Shown here piece after piece: positions 46,788-57,100 of a stretch of 64,000 nt of DNA (position 1 is its first letter; the number at the start of each line of letters is the position of its first letter). The position numbers were made by a program, and so were the translations under genes. Source of the stretch: Verrucomicrobiota bacterium (lineage in GTDB: Bacteria; Verrucomicrobiota; Verrucomicrobiia; Limisphaerales; AAA164-E04); NCBI GenBank assembly GCA_029247315.1, contig JAQWLM010000027.1, positions 13,113 through 77,112 on the forward strand. The letters are read 5' to 3'. The notes under the pieces are model-generated. The model ran no database searches, was not told where the DNA came from, and saw only the letters and a program-made list of their open reading frames with translations.

Positions 46788-46863
46788 AGGGCGGTAGCTC
46801 AATTGGTAGAGTAGCGGTCTCCAAAACCGTCGGTTGGGGGTTCAAGTCCCTCCCGCCCTGCCA
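46788..46863 (+). tRNA. tRNA-Trp (anticodon CCA), CCA encoded
   Basis: Acceptor AGGGCGG/CCGCCCT, anticodon stem GCGGT/ACCGT with loop CTCCAAA, T arm GGGGG-TTCAAGT-CCCTC, discriminator G, then CCA. Confidence 0.95.
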
Positions 46864-46884
46864 TTTAAAAAATTAATAAAAAGC

Positions 46885-46974
46885 GGAGGGGTGGCAGAGC
46901 GGTTGATTGCGGCGGTCTTGAAAACCGCTTTTCGAGAAATCGAAACGGGGGTTCGAATCCCTCCCCCTCCGCCA
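46885..46974 (+). tRNA. tRNA-Ser (anticodon TGA), long variable arm, CCA encoded
   Basis: Acceptor GGAGGGG/CCCCTCC, anticodon stem GCGGT/ACCGC with loop CTTGAAA, variable-arm hairpin TTCGA-GAAA-TCGAA, T arm GGGGG-TTCGAAT-CCCTC, then G and CCA. Confidence 0.9.
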
Positions 46975-46991
46975 TTTAGGATAGGATAACT

Positions 46992-47240
46992 GTGGATTTT
47001 GCACTGATATTTGGGATTGTTGCGTTTGTCGTTTTCGCCTTTTTGTGGTACAAAGGTAAACTAGCGGCACTTTCGCGATTCGTTGGGGAGACCCGTGAGG
47101 AATTGCGCAAATGCACTTGGCCAACTCGGGATGAACTCAAGAGTTCGACCGTCGTCGTGCTGGTGGCTACCGCTGTCATCGGAGTTTTGACGGTGTTGAC
47201 TGACTTAGTCGTCATGACGTTCTTGGACCAAATCCTTTAG
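46992..47240 (+). CDS. secE: preprotein translocase subunit SecE
   Basis: Conserved SecE core (FVGETREELRKCTWPTRDELKSSTVVVLVATAVIGVL) in the position between tRNA-Trp and nusG. It has a GTG start with no in-frame ATG upstream, plus an extra N-terminal TM helix. Confidence 0.85.
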   Translation: MDFALIFGIVAFVVFAFLWYKGKLAALSRFVGETREELRKCTWPTRDELKSSTVVVLVATAVIGVLTVLTDLVVMTFLDQIL

Positions 47241-47258
47241 ATCTAGGAAAATGTGCCT

Positions 47259-47807
47259 ATGAAAACACAATGGTTTGTGATCCACACCCTTTCCGGGCAA
47301 GAACAGAAAGTTAAGGACACGCTTGAGAAGCGGTTGCAAGCCGAGGAAATGGAGGAATTTATCCAGGAAATACTCGTACCCATGGAGAAGGTTGTCGAAA
47401 TCCGAAGTGGCAAAAAGAGTGTTTCATCTCGCAAACTCTACCCAGGTTATGTTTTCATCAACATGACCCTGCTGGACGAGCAACAACGCATTATTGATCG
47501 CCCTTGGTATTTCATCAGGGAAACACAAGGCATCATTGGTTTTGTGGGCGGTGATCGACCGTCCCCCACGCCGACAGATGAAATCGAGTCAATCAAGGCA
47601 CAGATTTCCGACGCGGAAGATTCTGAGAAACCAAAAGTTGATTTTGAATTGGGTGAAACCATCAAGATCAATGACGGGCCATTTCTTAACTTCAGTGGTG
47701 TGATTGAGGAAGTGGAGCCCGATCGTGGTAAACTAAAGGTCACAGTGAATATCTTTGGCCGCAACACGCCGGTTGAGCTTGAATACTGGCAAGTCGAAAA
47801 ATCTTAA
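47259..47807 (+). CDS. nusG: transcription termination/antitermination factor NusG
   Basis: KTQWFVIHTLSGQEQKV NGN domain and C-terminal KOW domain (GETIKINDGPFLNFSGVIEEV). The ATG at 47259 is preferred over the track's GTG at 47253. Confidence 0.95.
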   Translation: MKTQWFVIHTLSGQEQKVKDTLEKRLQAEEMEEFIQEILVPMEKVVEIRSGKKSVSSRKLYPGYVFINMTLLDEQQRIIDRPWYFIRETQGIIGFVGGDRPSPTPTDEIESIKAQISDAEDSEKPKVDFELGETIKINDGPFLNFSGVIEEVEPDRGKLKVTVNIFGRNTPVELEYWQVEKS

Positions 47808-47813
47808 TTTATT

Positions 47814-48239
47814 ATGGCAAAGAAAGTAACAGGCATTATCAAATTGCAAATACCTGCGGGGCAGGCCAATCCGGCTCCGCCGGTGGGACCGGCACTCGGT
47901 CAGCAAGGTGTCAATATCATGGGGTTTTGCAAGGAGTTCAATGCTCGCACCAAAGACCAGGCCGGTATGATCATCCCGGTGGTTATAACGGTTTATCAGG
48001 ACAAATCCTTTACCTTCATCACCAAATCACCTCCTGCTGCGGTGCTCCTCAAAAAGGCTGCTGGAATTGCATCGGGATCAAAAGTCCCAAACAAGGACAA
48101 AGTAGGGAAGGTTACCCCTGACCAGATCAATGAGATCGTCAAGACAAAGTTCAAAGACCTGAATGCCCGCAGTGAAGAGGCTGCCTTCCAGATCATCGCT
48201 GGAACGGCTAGAAGCATGGGTATTGAGGTCAAGGATTAA
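47814..48239 (+). CDS. rplK: 50S ribosomal protein L11
   Basis: [35 protein letters not shown] is the canonical L11 sequence. Confidence 0.98.
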   Translation: MAKKVTGIIKLQIPAGQANPAPPVGPALGQQGVNIMGFCKEFNARTKDQAGMIIPVVITVYQDKSFTFITKSPPAAVLLKKAAGIASGSKVPNKDKVGKVTPDQINEIVKTKFKDLNARSEEAAFQIIAGTARSMGIEVKD

Positions 48240-48286
48240 AAATTTAAACGCGGGAGAGTTAAGGCTCGTCATTACCGCCTCATATC

Positions 48287-48991
48287 ATGTCAAGTAAAAG
48301 ATACCGAAAAGCGTTGGAAATGGTTGACTTGGGCAAACGTTACGCCCTCGACGAAGCCATTCAGGTCCTCAAGCAGTTCCCAGCTACCCAGTTCGATCAA
48401 ACTGTGGAAATTGCCGTTAAACTCGGAGTTGATCCCCGACAGTCTGACCAGATGGTGCGAGGAACCGTACCTCTGCCTCACGGCAGTGGTAAAAATGTAC
48501 GTGTGCTTGTGTTTGCCAAAGGTGGCGAGGCAGAGCAGGCAGCCAAGGATGCGGGTGCCGAACATGTTGGGTTTGATGAATATATCAAAAAATGCAATGA
48601 AGGCTGGGTTGACTTCGATGTTGCCATTTCAACTCCTGAAGCCATGGCTGAGGTGAGAAAGTTGGGTCGTGTTCTAGGCCCACGCGGTTTGATGCCGAAT
48701 CCAAAGACCGGCACGGTCACCGAGGACACGGGAAAGGCGGTCAATGAAGTCAAGGCTGGACGCGTGGAGTTCAAGATCGACAAAACAGCCAACATGCACG
48801 TACCCGTCGGTAAAATTTCTTTTGATGCAGATAAATTATCTGAAAACGTCATGGCTTTGTTGGATGCCGTCTCAAAGGCCAGACCTAGCAGTGCCAAGGG
48901 TAACTTTATGATCACCTGCACCTTGACGGCCACAATGAGCCCACCGGTGCACTTGGATATTAAACCGATATTGCAACAGATTGCAGCCTGA
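48287..48991 (+). CDS. rplA: 50S ribosomal protein L1
   Basis: FDQTVEIAVKLGVDPRQSDQMVRGTVPLPHG is the canonical L1 sequence. Confidence 0.98.
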   Translation: MSSKRYRKALEMVDLGKRYALDEAIQVLKQFPATQFDQTVEIAVKLGVDPRQSDQMVRGTVPLPHGSGKNVRVLVFAKGGEAEQAAKDAGAEHVGFDEYIKKCNEGWVDFDVAISTPEAMAEVRKLGRVLGPRGLMPNPKTGTVTEDTGKAVNEVKAGRVEFKIDKTANMHVPVGKISFDADKLSENVMALLDAVSKARPSSAKGNFMITCTLTATMSPPVHLDIKPILQQIAA

Positions 48992-49023
48992 CACTAACCA
49001 CCACCGAACATTTTCCCAGCAAT

Positions 49024-49542
49024 ATGCGTGAAGCAAAAAAGAATATCAGCACGGAATACCTTGAAAGGCTCAACGCCTCTCCCTTTTTCATTGTCGTCGA
49101 TTATAAGGGGCTGAAGGTAGAGCAATTCTCCGAATTGCGCACCCGTCTCGATGGTGCCAAGGCCGAATTGCACGTGGTGAAGAACCGTATTTTCAACATC
49201 GCAGCGAAGGAAGCCGGCTTTGCTGATGACCTTGCCACCAACATGTCTGGACAATTGGCAGTGGTGACTGGGGAATCAGAGATCAGCTCGGCTGCGAAGA
49301 TCCTCAAAAATTTTGAATCTGAATTTGAGATGCCCAGCATCAGATTCGGTTACATGGGTGAAACACGATTGGACGAGGGAGAGGTCAAGTTCATTGCCGA
49401 CCTTCCGTCCATGGACGTATTACGTGCTCAGATCGTAGGTGTCATTCAGGCACCCGCTCAGAAACTGGCTACATTACTCAATGTTCCAGGATCTCAATTG
49501 GCACAGGTGATCAAGGCGAAAGCCGAAAAAGACGAGAACTGA
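49024..49542 (+). CDS. rplJ: 50S ribosomal protein L10
   Basis: L10-like sequence (FFIVVDYKGLKVEQFSELRTRL) positioned between rplA and rplL. Confidence 0.95.
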   Translation: MREAKKNISTEYLERLNASPFFIVVDYKGLKVEQFSELRTRLDGAKAELHVVKNRIFNIAAKEAGFADDLATNMSGQLAVVTGESEISSAAKILKNFESEFEMPSIRFGYMGETRLDEGEVKFIADLPSMDVLRAQIVGVIQAPAQKLATLLNVPGSQLAQVIKAKAEKDEN

Positions 49543-49636
49543 TCACTACCAAATGCTTTTAATGGGCGAGCGCCCGTTAGATTAACAAAACAACATTAAC
49601 AGCTAATACGTCGGGCCGCGGGCCGTGGTCTTAAAT

Positions 49637-49654
49637 CATCTCCAGCTGGAGATG
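49637..49654 (+). other. 18-nt perfect palindrome in the rplJ-rplL spacer
   Basis: CATCTCCAGCTGGAGATG equals its own reverse complement. It ends 17 nt before the rplL ATG. Its last three bases are an ATG opening a 5-codon uORF (MATTK-stop) that ends 2 nt before rplL. Confidence 0.9.
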
Positions 49655-49671
49655 GCGACGACAAAATAATT

Positions 49672-50058
49672 ATGGCAGACTTGGAAAAGCTAATTACTGA
49701 ATTGAGTGAGTTGACGGTTATGGAAGCCGCCGACTTGGTGAAGCAACTAGAGGACAAATGGGGCGTCAGCGCTGCTGCACCCGTTGCTGTGGCCGCCGCG
49801 GGTGGTGGTGATGCAGGTGGTGGTGCTGCTGCTGAAGAGAAAACTGAGTTTGACGTAATCCTTGCGTCAGCGCCCAGTGACAAAAAGATTCCCGTTATCA
49901 AGGCGGTTCGGGAGGTTAAGCCTGGTCTTGGATTAGCCGACGCCAAGAAACTTGTCGAGGGAGCGCCTACGAGCTTACTTGAGGGCGTAAGCAAGGAAGA
50001 AGCCGAAGGTGCGAAGAAAAAGCTGGAGGAATCCGGCGCGACCGTTGAATTGAAGTAA
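49672..50058 (+). CDS. rplL: 50S ribosomal protein L7/L12
   Basis: N-terminal dimerisation helix, Ala/Gly hinge, and C-terminal [28 protein letters not shown]. Confidence 0.98.
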   Translation: MADLEKLITELSELTVMEAADLVKQLEDKWGVSAAAPVAVAAAGGGDAGGGAAAEEKTEFDVILASAPSDKKIPVIKAVREVKPGLGLADAKKLVEGAPTSLLEGVSKEEAEGAKKKLEESGATVELK

Positions 50059-50118
50059 ATGGACTGCCTGGTTGCGGGGCGGACTCGAGTATTATCCCCG
50101 AGGCATCCAAGGCAAATT

Positions 50119-50146
50119 GAGGCTTTCCCCAGGGAAAGCCTCCTTT
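50119..50146 (+). terminator. hairpin in the rplL-rpoB spacer (attenuator candidate)
   Basis: GAGGCTTTCC-CCAG-GGAAAGCCTC is a perfect 10-bp stem followed by CTTTGAC, a short and weak U-tract. It lies 60 nt after the rplL stop. Confidence 0.4.
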
Positions 50147-50285
50147 GACAATCGCGTTGTCAACACTTATTTCAGCAAGTCCGCAAGCACTCAGTTACTG
50201 AGAGCTGCGGACCTGTTTCGTCCTCTTGGAAAAACAAAAAGGGATAATATGTATTCCCTAAAAGCAAAGATTACTAAAGGTGACC

Positions 50286-53200
50286 ATGCCATCCAAAGCA
50301 GCTGAACGGATCAATTTCGGAAAAATCAAAGAGGTGATCACACCTCCTAACCTGATTGAAATCCAAAACGACTCTTATGCGGAGTTCTTGCAATCAGAAG
50401 TCGACCCTAAAAAACGCAATAACTTGGGGCTTCAAGCCGTATTTAACGAGGTTTTTCCGATTGAAAGCTATGATGGCAAATGTGTACTTGAATTCAGTCA
50501 CTATGAAATTGGTGCACCTAAACTTGATTGGCTAGAGTGCCTGCGTGAAGGCATCACTTATGGCGCACCTCTCCACGTCAGTTTTCGCCTGCGCGATGAG
50601 CAAGGCACGAAGGAAGAAAAAGTTTTCATGGGGGAGTTGCCCCTTATCACTCCCCAGGGCAGTTTCGTCATCAACGGGGCCGAACGAGTCATCGTCAGCC
50701 AATTGCACAGGTCTCCGGGTCTTGCCTTTGAAGCCTCTCAGCATCCCAATGGCAAAACCATGCACTCCTTCCGGATTATTCCTGATCGAGGATCATGGTA
50801 CGAGGCCCAATTTGACACGAATGACCTGCTTTTCGTCTACCTTGATCGCAAGAAGCGTCGTCGAAAATTTTTAACGACAACGTTTTTTCGTGCTTTGGGT
50901 TACGGTTCTGACGCCGATATTCTTCGTTTGTTCTATGACATCGAGGATATTAGCGTCAAGGCTGCAGCTGCCATCGAGGATATTCAGAACAAGGTGCTTA
51001 TCGAGGATGTGCTTGATCTGGACAAAGGGGCCGTGGTAGCACGTGCCTTCGAACCCATGTCTGCAGCAGTCGTGCGTGAGATCGCCAACCTCGGCCTCAA
51101 AAAAATCAAGGTGGTCGATACCAGTGTGGATGATGGCATCATCATTAAATGCCTCAAGAAGGATCCCACGACCAACGAGGAGGAAGCTCTCAAAGACATC
51201 TACCGACGCCTTCGCCCTGGCGATCCCCCCACCGCAGCCAACGCACGTGCCCTACTCAAACGCCTTTTCTTTGATGCCAAGCGATATGATTTGGGACGCG
51301 TGGGACGCTACAAGATATCCCAAAAACTCAATCTTGATGCCAAAAATGAATCACGGGTCCTAGAGAAGGGAGATCTCGTTGCAGCCACGAAATACCTTCT
51401 TACCCTCAAAAAAGGCGAGGGGACTTTGGATGATATTGATCATCTCGGTAGCCGACGTGTGCGTACTGTAGGTGAGTTGCTTGCGAACCAATGTCGTGTT
51501 GGCCTGGCTCGTACGGAGCGGCTTGTCAAAGAGCGCATGACTCTTTTTGATCAAGGCCTGGATACGATGACTCCCCAGAAGTTGATCAACCCCAAGGCTC
51601 TCTCCGCAGTCATCCGGGACTTTTTTGGCCGCAGTCAACTTTCCCAGTTCATGGACCAGATTAACCCGCTTGCCGAATTGACGCACAAGCGTCGACTTTC
51701 TGCTCTTGGTCCTGGCGGTCTGAGCCGTGACCGTGCCGGGTTTGAGGTGCGTGACGTGCATCCATCCCATTATGGCCGGATATGCCCCATTGAGACTCCT
51801 GAGGGACCAAATATTGGTTTGATTGCTTCCTTGGCAACCTTTGCGCGTGTCAACGACTTTGGTTTTATTGAGACTCCTTATCGTAAGGTGGTGGACGGTC
51901 GGGTGAGTAGTCACCTCGACTATCTGACAGCTGATCGCGAAGAACAGTTCATCGTTGCACAGGCAAACGCACCCATTGATGAAAACGGCAAATTCCTCAA
52001 CGAACGCGTCATGTGTCGCTGCAAGGGCGATTTTATCGATGTACCTCCCAAGCGAGTCGACTACATGGATGTCTCTCCCAAGCAGCTTGTTTCCGTTGCG
52101 GCAGGATTAATCCCCTTTCTTGAGCATGATGATGCCAATCGGGCATTGATGGGGTCCAACATGCAGCGGCAAGCGGTACCCTTGCTTGTAACCGAGGCTC
52201 CTTTAGTGGCTACCGGACTGGAATCCAAAGTGGCTCGGGATTCCCGTGCGGTCACCGTCGCGGAGGTTCCAGGGGTTGTAGCTTCCGTTTCAGGGAGTAG
52301 TATTATCATTACAAAAGATGGCACGCTGCCCGAAGGTAAAAAGAAGATAAAGCACGATCCGTCAAATGATGTTTATCTTTATCGTCTTCGCAAGTTCATG
52401 AGGTCCAATGCCGCCACTTGTATCAACCAGAAGGCCCTGGTATCTAACGGCCAGAAAATCAAAAAGGGGGATGTGATTGCAGACGGCCCCTCGACTGAAA
52501 ATGGTGAACTCGCATTAGGCAAAAACGTGTTATGCGCCTTCATGCCATGGAACGGTTACAACTTTGAGGATGCTATCCTCATCAGTCAGCGGATCGTCAA
52601 GGACGATGTATACACCTCCATCCATATCGATGAGTTTGAAGTCAGCGCGCGCGATACCAAGCTGGGGCCTGAAGAAATTACCCGTGACATCCCCAATCTT
52701 GGAGAGGATGCACTCAAGAATCTGGGCCTTGATGGTGTGATTCGTGTGGGTGCGGAAGTTAAGCCAGGTGACATATTGGTGGGAAAAATAACACCCAAAA
52801 GCGAGACAGAGTTGGCACCTGAAGAGCGTCTGCTCAGGGCCATCTTTGGTGAAAAGGCTGCAGACGTTAAGGACACCTCACTGAAGGTGCCCTCGGGAAC
52901 CTATGGGATTGTAATGGATGTAAAGGTCTCCTCCAAGAAGGAGTCTGAACGATCTAACAAGGTTTCTTCGTCGGAGGCAAAGAAACATGCCAAGCAGGTC
53001 GAAGACGAGCACAAGACCAAACTGGACGATCTGCGTGAACAGCTGACTGAATCTCTCAGCAACATCCTCCTGGGTGAAAAGATACCTTTGGACGTGGTGA
53101 ACTCAGAAACCGGCGAAATCATCATTCCAGCCAATCGCAAGATCACCAAAACGCTCCTTCGTAAGCTTGCCAGTGTGTATGACCGCATTGAGATTGACCC

Positions 53201-54119
53201 ATCACCCATCCGCAACAAGATCAACGAAATCATCAGTGCCTACAAAAAACGTTTTGATGATCTTCAGATGCAGCACGACGAGGAAATGGAACGTGTGGAA
53301 TCTGGTGACGATCTGGAAACGGGTATCATCAAATCTGTCAAAGTTTTCATCGCCTCAAAGCGTAAGTTATCCGTTGGTGACAAAATGGCAGGTCGACATG
53401 GAAACAAGGGTGTTGTAGCCAAGATTGTTGCCGAGGAGGATATGCCCTTTCTGGCCAATGGAACCCCAGTTGATATTGTGTTGAATCCCCTCGGCGTTCC
53501 ATCGCGAATGAATGTGGGACAGTTGCTGGAGACCCATCTTGGGTGGGCCGCCAAGGTTCTCGGAATCAAATTTGCGACACCTGTTTTTGATGGAATCAAG
53601 GAGTCTGAGGTGCGCGGTTATCTCAAGGATGCTGACTTGCCAGACCATGCCAAAATTCACCTTTACGATGGACGTACAGGGGAGCGGTTTGACCAAGAAA
53701 TTGTGGTTGGGTTCATCTATATGCTGAAGCTGGGCCACTTGGTTGCCGATAAAATCCATGCTCGAGCCGTCGGACCTTACTCCTTGGTTACGCAGCAACC
53801 TCTTGGCGGGAAGGCCCAGTATGGTGGACAGCGTTTTGGGGAAATGGAGGTCTGGGCCATGGAAGCCTATGGTGCTGCCTATGCGCTGCAGGAACTTCTG
53901 ACCGTGAAGTCGGACGATGTCCAGGGTCGCACCCGTATCTACGAGAGTATCGTTAAAGGAGACAACTCGCTTGACGCCGGAGTACCTGAATCGTTCAACG
54001 TGCTTGTCAAGGAAATCCAGTCACTTGGTATTGACGTGAATGTGGGATACGAACCTGAGGAAGTGGACCCTGATGCTGAACCCAGATCGGTACCATCGAG
54101 TCTCTCGGCAATGGGATAG
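50286..54119 (+). CDS. rpoB: DNA-directed RNA polymerase beta subunit
   Basis: Full-length RpoB with conserved blocks ([63 protein letters not shown]). The ATG at 50286 is preferred over the track's GTG at 50280. Confidence 0.98.
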   Translation: MPSKAAERINFGKIKEVITPPNLIEIQNDSYAEFLQSEVDPKKRNNLGLQAVFNEVFPIESYDGKCVLEFSHYEIGAPKLDWLECLREGITYGAPLHVSFRLRDEQGTKEEKVFMGELPLITPQGSFVINGAERVIVSQLHRSPGLAFEASQHPNGKTMHSFRIIPDRGSWYEAQFDTNDLLFVYLDRKKRRRKFLTTTFFRALGYGSDADILRLFYDIEDISVKAAAAIEDIQNKVLIEDVLDLDKGAVVARAFEPMSAAVVREIANLGLKKIKVVDTSVDDGIIIKCLKKDPTTNEEEALKDIYRRLRPGDPPTAANARALLKRLFFDAKRYDLGRVGRYKISQKLNLDAKNESRVLEKGDLVAATKYLLTLKKGEGTLDDIDHLGSRRVRTVGELLANQCRVGLARTERLVKERMTLFDQGLDTMTPQKLINPKALSAVIRDFFGRSQLSQFMDQINPLAELTHKRRLSALGPGGLSRDRAGFEVRDVHPSHYGRICPIETPEGPNIGLIASLATFARVNDFGFIETPYRKVVDGRVSSHLDYLTADREEQFIVAQANAPIDENGKFLNERVMCRCKGDFIDVPPKRVDYMDVSPKQLVSVAAGLIPFLEHDDANRALMGSNMQRQAVPLLVTEAPLVATGLESKVARDSRAVTVAEVPGVVASVSGSSIIITKDGTLPEGKKKIKHDPSNDVYLYRLRKFMRSNAATCINQKALVSNGQKIKKGDVIADGPSTENGELALGKNVLCAFMPWNGYNFEDAILISQRIVKDDVYTSIHIDEFEVSARDTKLGPEEITRDIPNLGEDALKNLGLDGVIRVGAEVKPGDILVGKITPKSETELAPEERLLRAIFGEKAADVKDTSLKVPSGTYGIVMDVKVSSKKESERSNKVSSSEAKKHAKQVEDEHKTKLDDLREQLTESLSNILLGEKIPLDVVNSETGEIIIPANRKITKTLLRKLASVYDRIEIDPSPIRNKINEIISAYKKRFDDLQMQHDEEMERVESGDDLETGIIKSVKVFIASKRKLSVGDKMAGRHGNKGVVAKIVAEEDMPFLANGTPVDIVLNPLGVPSRMNVGQLLETHLGWAAKVLGIKFATPVFDGIKESEVRGYLKDADLPDHAKIHLYDGRTGERFDQEIVVGFIYMLKLGHLVADKIHARAVGPYSLVTQQPLGGKAQYGGQRFGEMEVWAMEAYGAAYALQELLTVKSDDVQGRTRIYESIVKGDNSLDAGVPESFNVLVKEIQSLGIDVNVGYEPEEVDPDAEPRSVPSSLSAMG

Positions 54120-54164
54120 TCGGCCATTGGAACTGAATGCAAACAATTGATCTCTAAAACACCC

Positions 54165-57100
54165 ATGATCGAAAGCAGAAATAGCACACGCGAATTATTC
54201 GGGCTGGACAAAGTCAACTTGGTGGACCACATCAGTATCGCCGTTGCCTCACCTGAATCCATCCGTTCCTGGTCCAAAGGCGAAGTCAAGAACCCGGAAA
54301 CTATCAATTACCGGACCTTCAAACCTGAAAAGGGAGGCCTGTTTTGCGAGCGCATCTTTGGCCCGGTGAAGGATTGGGAATGTTCCTGCGGTAAATACAA
54401 ACGGATCAAACATCGAGGTGTGGTTTGTGACCGGTGTGGGGTGGAAGTGACCCTCTCCCGTGTTCGGCGTGAACGTATGGGGCATATCGAACTGGCAGTC
54501 CCAGTTTCCCATATTTGGTTTTTCAAATGCATGCCATCACGCATAGGTCTCATCCTTGACATGACCGCTCGAGAGCTTGAGCGTGTCGTTTATTATGAGG
54601 ATTACCTGGTGATTGAACCCGGAACAACACCTCTCAAAAAACACCAGTTACTCAGTGAAATGGAGTACCGTGAGGCGCGCGAAACCTACGGGGTGGAAGC
54701 TTTTGAAGCAGAAATGGGAGCTGGTGCTGTACGGCGTGCACTGGAATCCGTTGAGTTGAACTCCAAGGTTGAAGAGCTTCAGGTGGCCATGACCGAGACC
54801 CGGAGCAAGCAGATTCGCAAGAAACTCGCAAAGCGGATCAAATTATATCAGGGTTTTGTCGCCAGCAAAACCCGACCTGAGTGGATGATTCTAGTGGTGT
54901 TGCCCGTGATCCCGCCGGATTTGCGTCCCTTGGTCCCCTTGGAGGGCGGTCGTTTTGCCACTTCCGATCTGAATGATCTTTATCGGCGAGTTATCAATCG
55001 TAATAACCGCCTGAAAAACCTGCTTCAGCTCAAGACCCCTGAAGTCATCATCCGCAACGAGAAGCGCATGCTTCAAGAGGCGGTGGACGCACTTTTTGAC
55101 AATGGTCGTCACGGTCGTGCCGTGACAGGGGCGGGTAACCGTCCCCTGAAATCCCTTAGCGATATGCTGAAGGGTAAAAGTGGTCGATTCCGTCAAAACC
55201 TTCTTGGTAAGCGTGTGGACTACTCGGGACGATCAGTGATTGTCATTGGTCCCGAGCTTAAACTTAACCAGTGCGGACTTCCAAAGAAGATGGCCCTTGT
55301 TTTGTTCGAGCCTTTCATCATTCGCCGACTGAAGGAACTTGGTTATGTCCACACGGTACGCTCGGCCAAGAAGATGATCGAACGCCAATCTCCAGAGGTG
55401 TGGGATATCCTGGAAGAAGTCACCATGGGGCATCCGGTGCTGCTTAACCGTGCTCCGACTCTGCATCGACTTTCGATTCAGGCCTTTGAGCCAGTGTTGA
55501 TTGAAGGAGAAGCCATTCGGGTTCATCCCCTTGTCTGCACCGCTTATAATGCGGATTTCGATGGTGACCAAATGGCCGTGCACGTCCCACTTTCTGTTGA
55601 AGCTCAAATGGAGGCTCGCCTTCTCATGATGGCTCCTAATAATATCTTCAGCCCTTCAAGTGGTAAACCCATCATGACACCAACCCAGGATATTACCTTG
55701 GGTTGCTACTACTTGACCGCTGAACCCAGGAAAGCCAAGAAAAAGAACAAGCGTCTGAATTTTTTCGGCACCAAAGCCGAGGTCATATTTGCGTTCGATG
55801 ACGGTGAGCTGAAGACGCATTCCAGAATCAATCTTCTGAATCCCGATCATGGCAAGGATACGGTATACGGGGACAAAGAAAAGAAGGTCATTGAGACCAC
55901 GGTGGGGCGTGTCGTTTTCAGTGAAATATGGCCCCAGGAGTTGGGCTATCCTAACCGTGCCATCGGTAAAGGCCAGATCGGTGATTTGATTTGGAATTGC
56001 TACAAAGTCTGTGGTCATGAGGAAACCGTGGTCACTCTGGATAAACTCAAGGAGCTCGGATTCCGTGAGGCCACCAAGGCCGGTGTTTCCATCGGGATCG
56101 ACGACATGATCATTCCTATCGAGAAAAACCAGGAAATTGATGTGGCACAGGATCAGATCTCCGAAGTAGAAAACCAGTATCGTCGTGGTGTGATTACTCC
56201 AGGGGAACGCTATAACAAGATCATTGATATCTGGACGCACTGCACGGACCAGATTTCCAACGTCATGTTACGCACGCTTCAGGCAAATCAGAACAAGGAT
56301 GAGTTTAATCCTGTTTACCTGATGGTAGATTCCGGGGCTCGTGGTAACCGGCAGCAGGTGCGTCAGCTAGCTGGTATACGTGGTTTGATGGCCAAGCCAT
56401 CTGGCGATATCATCGAGAAACCCATTCTCTCCAATTTCCGTGAAGGTTTGACTGTGCTGGAATACTTCATTTCCACTCACGGTGCTCGCAAGGGACTCGC
56501 TGATACGGCTTTGAAGACCGCTGATTCTGGTTACATGACGCGTAAACTGGTGGATGTTGCACAGGACGTGATCGTAAGGGAGGAGGATTGTGAAACCTCC
56601 AACGGGATTCTGGTTTCAGCAATCTACGAGGGAGAGGACGAAGTGGTTAAGCTTAGCGAGCGGCTTGTTGGTCGAGTCTCCTGTGAAGACATCGTCGATC
56701 CTGGTGACGTCAAGAATGTGATTGTCCAGGCCAACGATGAGATTGATGAAGTCACGGCCAAAGCCGTTGATTCTGCAGGTATCGAAAGGGTCAAGATTCG
56801 TTCTGTTTTAACTTGCGAATCCAACGTGGGGCTGTGCGCCAAATGTTACGGACGCAACCTCGCGACTGGTAAGCAGGTCAAGGAAGGCGAAGCTGTTGGT
56901 ATCATCGCCGCTCAATCGATTGGTGAGCCGGGCACTCAATTGACAATGCGTACCTTTCACATCGGTGGAACAGCATCACAGATCTTTAAACAACCGCAAA
57001 TTAAATCCAAACACGAAGCCAAGGTGGTCTACAGCGAATTGCGCTGTGTGGAATTGGAGGACGGAAACAACATCGTTCTAAACAAAAATGGTAGCCTCCT

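Noticed and set aside
46492-47124. Minus-strand ORFs 46492-46845 and 46873-47124 crossing the tuf end and the tRNA genes.
   Set aside because: They are translations of the tRNA-Trp/tRNA-Ser complements (for example ...GRDSNPRF...), a typical artefact. The tRNA cloverleaves are complete.
50195-50225. CTGAGAGCTGCGGACCTG upstream of rpoB, reminiscent of the TPP-riboswitch CUGAGA...ACCUG boxes.
   Set aside because: The other conserved TPP elements are absent, the context (rpoB leader) is biologically wrong, and the match is too short.
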